From Escherichia phage Paul, in the sequence record NC_070992.1: a DNA stretch of 64,000 nt. One strand, given 5' to 3'. A program made the translations under genes and the position numbers. Shown here piece after piece: positions 59,658 to 64,000 of the stretch. The notes below the pieces were generated by a model. It saw nothing but the letters and a program-made list of their open reading frames with translations, was not told the origin of the DNA and searched no databases. The stretch's first letter is position 1. Each line of letters starts with the position of its first letter.

Positions 59658-60480
59658 GATATTCACCTTTCAATTGTAAGGGCGCTATTGCCCCGCTCTC
59701 TATGAGCTTGCTTAAGTCACTATTAACTTAACTCTAACCACTCACTATTAAGTAGTTATAGGTAAGTGGGGCGGTCTTATCAGGAGTTAACCTTGCCGCC
59801 CCCTTATCCGTGATGTTTCATCTGGTATCTTTAATTAGTCGCTATAAACGAAGCCGACCTGATAGCGATGATCAATCATCACAATAAGGCTATGCGTCCG
59901 ATTCTATTTAATTACATTGCTGTAACCGTCGGCAATATCGTCTACTTTGTTTTCGCTCCCGCTTATCCTTTTATATCAGCTCTCTATCGCTAGTCATCGC
60001 CCACTACGGGATACTATTGCGAAAGAGTCACTAACCGCCTAGTATTCCGGCGTTTTATATCTTTCAGCAGGTTTACTACATAACCCGACTATGTACTTTC
60101 ATCTTATGATGAATCTCAAGCCGTTCACATCGTAAACGTTCGCATTAAACCTTATTGTTAAATAGCAATTTGCCACTTTTCAACCACTCCCCGCCGCTCT
60201 CAATTGAGCGTTATTTCTTCGGGCTTGCCTACCCTGATTAACTTCTTTCACTGTAGCGCCTTGTTAGCGATGACCGCCGCTACCCTTAACCGTGGGCGAT
60301 TAGCTTAAGTCTTTGCGTGCACTCAATGAATCCGTTTATCAGTGGTGACGTTTCCAGTAAGGGATTGTAAGGCTGTTTTCTCTGATAGTTTAGAGAGTCT
60401 TACACCGTTTTATCTGGTATGTTATCCGATGGTTATTATCATCTAACATATTCAACCGATATAGGAGAATGTTTAAATTA

Positions 60481-60491
60481 TTAAAGAGCGG
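60481..60491 (+). repeat. TTAAAGAGCGG motif, copy 1 of 4
   Basis: Same 10-11-mer recurs at 60715, 61027 and 61137 in an ORF-poor region. Confidence 0.5.
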
Positions 60492-60571
60492 TAAATCTAT
60501 CAGTGTGCTTTCTCACACTATGCAACCGTTAGCCGTTGTTACGCTTTCCACTTAAGCGATGATTTGCTTAG

Positions 60572-60609
60572 TGAGTGCTCATTATGAATCAGGCTGTTTT
60601 CGCTGTCAA
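60572..60609 (+). repeat. direct repeat copy A (TGAGTGCTCATTATGAATCAGGCTGTTTTCG...TGTCAA)
   Basis: 31-nt identical core plus flank shared with 61060..61097. Confidence 0.6.
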
Positions 60610-60714
60610 CCGCTTTTTAATCTTTTTTCGTCGTTCCCGCTATTGGGAGGATATATCAATCAGCTTTATTTGATTGAGGATTAAGCGGTGAGGCTTAACT
60701 TATGATTCATATTG

Positions 60715-60725
60715 TTAAAGAGCGG
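60715..60725 (+). repeat. TTAAAGAGCGG motif, copy 2
   Basis: Exact match. Confidence 0.5.
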
Positions 60726-61026
60726 TGTAGCATTTACAGCTTAACACATCGTGTTAGCTTGTCAATCTCTTTTTATCATCTTCTTTTATTCTTTTCCCTT
60801 ATCTCGCGTGAATCTATGCGAAAGGGCAAGATGATAAGTCTGATTTGTCTTTTAGGAATCTAGTGCGCTTTCAAGCATTAATCTTTTGAAAGTATCGAAC
60901 AAATAAGGCTTATTGATATTGCTTATTGCCCGCCTGCGTCACGTATGAATCAGGAATCAATTCTACCGATTAACTGAGCGCCTTATAGTAATGACGTTGC
61001 CGCCACCTGTAAGACAAATCATGTTT

Positions 61027-61037
61027 TTAAAGAGCGG
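61027..61037 (+). repeat. TTAAAGAGCGG motif, copy 3
   Basis: Exact match. Confidence 0.5.
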
Positions 61038-61059
61038 GATGTTTTAAGTCATCGCTGAC

Positions 61060-61097
61060 TGAGTGCTCATTATGAATCAGGCTGTTTTCGGTGTCAA
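61060..61097 (+). repeat. direct repeat copy B
   Basis: Near-identical to 60572..60609 (single mismatch C/G in the flank). Confidence 0.6.
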
Positions 61098-61136
61098 TAC
61101 TCTTTTTGAGAATATTTTCACTTTCTAGCCTGATTT

Positions 61137-61146
61137 TTAAAGAGCG
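61137..61146 (+). repeat. TTAAAGAGCG motif, copy 4
   Basis: 10-nt match. Confidence 0.45.
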
Positions 61147-61511
61147 TAGCACTTTCATTGTGCGTCTTACTGTCGGTATTCCTACCGCTCCCCGTTGAAG
61201 CCTTTTACCGTGATGCTAATCACCTATCGAGGAGTTTTACTTCTTGTTGTTGCTTACTGCTTACTACGGGATTCATATTAATATACAGGAAAATCCTGTC
61301 AATACCCTTTTTTCAAATTATTTTTCATCTCACTGTTTTATAAAGGAATTTATTTTATTGTCGGTAGGACACCGGAAGAAATCAGGAGGTAAAGGAATGG
61401 GTGCGCGTGATACATCATAGAAAACGGCTTGTAAAGCCATAATAAGCGTCCTAAAACACATCACAACGAGCTAAAAGGGAGTAAGGCATACAATCACCTC
61501 ATAAAAGAGAA

Positions 61512-61530
61512 AAGCCTCACTAGGAGGCTT
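61512..61530 (-). terminator. putative intrinsic terminator (minus strand)
   Basis: AAGCCTC-CTAGT-GAGGCTT hairpin followed by TTCTCTTTTAT. Confidence 0.45.
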
Positions 61531-61605
61531 ACAGGAAGGATTAGAGAATCAGATAAATTATGACCATAGGCATGACTACGGCACAATACAGGAGAAAGAT
61601 TAAGC

Positions 61606-61971
61606 CTATGGATTTACACATTGACCATTACCGGATGCCATTTCATTCATGGACTCATCAAAGAGCGTCAACGATGATCGCATCAAGTGATCTACCGTTA
61701 TTTGCTTGCCAGTGGTTTCATTCACCAACAGAATAGTTTTATCATATGATTGCACATGATCGAAATCATTTACATGTAAAATAATAACTTTAGGTGACTT
61801 TTTACCAGTGTCATAATTCTCAATCAAATAGGTGCACTGTAAACCGTCAACCGTATCAGGGGAGAATGTTGCAGCCTTAACGCTACCCATAGCCGATAGC
61901 AGGACACCCAACAGAAGAACAACCAGAAAGAAGCCTACAACCGTTTTAATGACGAATTTAATAAACCACAT
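61606..61971 (-). CDS. membrane-anchored hypothetical protein
   Basis: N-terminal TM/signal anchor (VVGFFLVVLLLGVLLSAMG). Confidence 0.4.
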   Translation of the reverse strand: MWFIKFVIKTVVGFFLVVLLLGVLLSAMGSVKAATFSPDTVDGLQCTYLIENYDTGKKSPKVIILHVNDFDHVQSYDKTILLVNETTGKQITVDHLMRSSLTLFDESMNEMASGNGQCVNP

Positions 61972-62073
61972 AGCAATAAACCTTTAGTTAGAAAACGTAA
62001 GAATAAATCATATCAGTGACGAATAGCAGGAAGGTCGCACCAAATAAGCAACGCCAAAAATAATCATGAATCA

Positions 62074-62328
62074 TTAGTTGCCCTTACCTTTAAATAATGC
62101 TACTCTAAGCAGTTCGACTTCTTCCAGCGATAAGAGAATCCGACGTTGCGCCAAATACTGACCAGCTAGCAGGGTATCCATGATTAAAGCAACAGCGGGA
62201 AAACTCACCGTTTTAATATTATCACCGACAATAAACAAGATTAAACACTTGTCAGAGTCATCCGTATAAGAGAAATCAATCTCACCGTAATTATGAGTCG
62301 GAATAGTAAAGCTATGCTCTTTAGTCAT
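62074..62328 (-). CDS. hypothetical protein
   Basis: 84-aa ORF. Confidence 0.35.
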   Translation of the reverse strand: MTKEHSFTIPTHNYGEIDFSYTDDSDKCLILFIVGDNIKTVSFPAVALIMDTLLAGQYLAQRRILLSLEEVELLRVALFKGKGN

Positions 62329-62572
62329 GTATTAATCCTTCATTAAGCAGGTTAACCAGTGACAAATCACCGTCAATATAGATTGATTTGAAATCTTCAC
62401 GGGTAATTTCGAAATCAGCAAAGGCTAGCCAATCTTTAAGAGGCTGATATTCCATCCTGCAAAAAGTGATAACAGGTAACGTTATCTGACCATCAAGTGT
62501 ATTAAACATAATAGATTGCTCGCCAACAAAACAAGAAAAGCCGTTTGATAATTTAACTTCTTTAATAGCCAT
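62321..62572 (-). CDS. hypothetical protein
   Basis: 83-aa ORF coupled to the downstream gene. Confidence 0.35.
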   Translation of the reverse strand: MAIKEVKLSNGFSCFVGEQSIMFNTLDGQITLPVITFCRMEYQPLKDWLAFADFEITREDFKSIYIDGDLSLVNLLNEGLIHD

Positions 62573-62597
62573 TTTTACACTCCCAAAAATAGGTTAT

Positions 62598-63470
62598 TTA
62601 CTTACTAGCCTTAATGCAGTTGGCTAAATTAACATGAACGGTATAAACAGCATTATCAGCGTTATTGTAAACCGTGGTGGCAATCATCGACTCGTTAACC
62701 GGACCATAACTCACTAGATTAGTTACAGCTTTAACGTCTTCGTAACGTTGTACAGTGCCATACGTCACCATATCCGCATCTTTATCAGTACGCTTGAGAA
62801 CTAGATCACTGTTAGGCTGATTATCTAACGTTTTAGATTGAAAGAGAACGCCATCATTAGTAACGTTGCTAAATTTCATCTTTAGCACGATATTATTGCC
62901 GTCACTATCGGCACCGTTGCAAATCATCCAACCCTTATTGATGGAACTAGAGAAGACACTAGCCGCATCAGTTGCAGGAGCAGGACTAGCGATAGCCTTA
63001 TCAGAAAGAGATGTGACCAGTGCACTAACACCAATAGCTGCAACCAGTGCATAACTTGCCAGATTAACAGACTTCATAATCTTACTTGCAACAGTAGGCT
63101 TGATTGGCTGTTTCTTAGTTTTCTTGTTCCATGCTTCAACCATGACAGACAAGCGGGATAATTCAGCTTTCACATCGCGGCATGACTCAGGCCAATCCTT
63201 CTGATTCCAGCTATCTAGATTTGCTTGAATGTAGCAATTTATAGCGTCCTGCATATCAGTAAAACCGTTCTCTTTGAACGTGCTTTCATCTTCACACTGT
63301 AAGGCGTTCGCAGTAGAGTTAATGATCAAGCAAGCCAGCATTACAGAGTTTTTGAATCCTTTACGTGCGCTTTCGTTTTCCATCCACGCATCAGGACTAC
63401 CAACAGATAAGCCTAAAGAGGAAAGACTTTCGTTTGCTTTGTTCAATTGGTTAATTGCTACTTTAGACAT
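62598..63470 (-). CDS. hypothetical protein with a central TM segment
   Basis: 290-aa ORF with SD AAGGAA; hydrophobic stretch LASYALVAAIGVSALV. Confidence 0.4.
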   Translation of the reverse strand: MSKVAINQLNKANESLSSLGLSVGSPDAWMENESARKGFKNSVMLACLIINSTANALQCEDESTFKENGFTDMQDAINCYIQANLDSWNQKDWPESCRDVKAELSRLSVMVEAWNKKTKKQPIKPTVASKIMKSVNLASYALVAAIGVSALVTSLSDKAIASPAPATDAASVFSSSINKGWMICNGADSDGNNIVLKMKFSNVTNDGVLFQSKTLDNQPNSDLVLKRTDKDADMVTYGTVQRYEDVKAVTNLVSYGPVNESMIATTVYNNADNAVYTVHVNLANCIKASK

Positions 63471-63514
63471 TTGATATTCCTTCTGGTTGATGAAAACTAC
63501 AAACTACACTCGCA

Positions 63515-63542
63515 ACTATATAATAAAGGAAAAGGCTGTCAA
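63515..63542 (-). promoter_or_regulatory. sigma-70-like early promoter candidate (TTGACA-N16-TATAGT)
   Basis: Minus-strand -35 TTGACA (63542-63537), 16-nt spacer, -10 TATAGT (63520-63515), about 45 nt upstream of the gene starting at 63470. Confidence 0.5.
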
Positions 63543-64000
63543 CCATTTATTTTCTAACTTTCTTATAACTCACTGAAAACTAAAGGAATTTAATTTACTT
63601 AACCTTCCATACTCAGAGCATCAGCTTACTGCTTATTGTTACTTTATAACACTAACGCTAACGCTACGGGTAGCAGACCAACAGGCCGGAACACGGGGGA
63701 GCATACAGCCGCAGAACAGACCACGGGGAGTATAGCTCAATAGTGCGGTAGTAATATACCACTTAAATAATTAGTTAACTATTAAAGACTCATACACATC
63801 GAACGTTAAAAGAAAAGACCAACAGAACGCTGAAAAAGGAAAAGAATAAAAGAAACATAATCTTTCCACTTAATTAATACATACATCATTATTGCACTCA
63901 TAATCCTTACTATTGAAACTATTTACACTCAAACTATGGGGGGCTGAACGGTAACAATACGGTATTATTAGACCTGTTATGATTGTGCCTGTACAGTGCT

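Noticed and set aside
60583-60672. Tiny plus-strand ORFs starting MNQ inside the direct repeats (60583, 61073, 60946)
   Set aside because: No ribosome-binding sites, different lengths and stop positions in each copy; the conservation is more likely at the DNA level.
63650-63760. tRNA-like start GGGGAGTATAGCTCAATAG near the window end, with the repeated ACGGGG(G)AG element
   Set aside because: No matching D-stem partner, anticodon arm or T-arm (GTTCGAAT-type) could be folded; more likely part of a noncoding early or terminal region.

Overview
This window looks like about 64 kb of a lytic, tailed-phage genome. No integrase, transposase or CRISPR array was seen. Positions 1-16780 carry plus-strand late genes (tail fibre with Ig-like domains, P22-type lysozyme, lytic transglycosylase, Gln/Asn/Gly-rich internal virion proteins, a 1473-aa ejection-type protein) that end at a bidirectional terminator. 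From 17144 to 63470 essentially every gene is on the minus strand: a T7-like replication module with the polymerase split into separate exonuclease and polymerase genes, primase-helicase, flap endonuclease, SSB-like protein, nucleotide metabolism (ThyX-like, dCTP deaminase, thioredoxin, PhoH), an ECF-like sigma factor, two HNH endonucleases, one tRNA-Arg(UCU), and many small early ORFs in paralogous families. The 9-mer TAATGTATA occurs four times at promoter-like positions; from memory this matches the phage-sigma promoter element reported for phiEco32-like podoviruses, so I tentatively place the phage near that group. The most interesting locus is a minus-strand accessory cluster (38713-48292) encoding a GGCT-like cyclotransferase, an ATP-grasp ligase, an Ntn-type glutamine amidotransferase, a GCS2-type amidoligase and several unknowns; its substrate is unknown. 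All calls come from reading the six-frame translations and the DNA by eye; no searches were run, and coordinates of short motifs and hairpins are approximate to a few bases.
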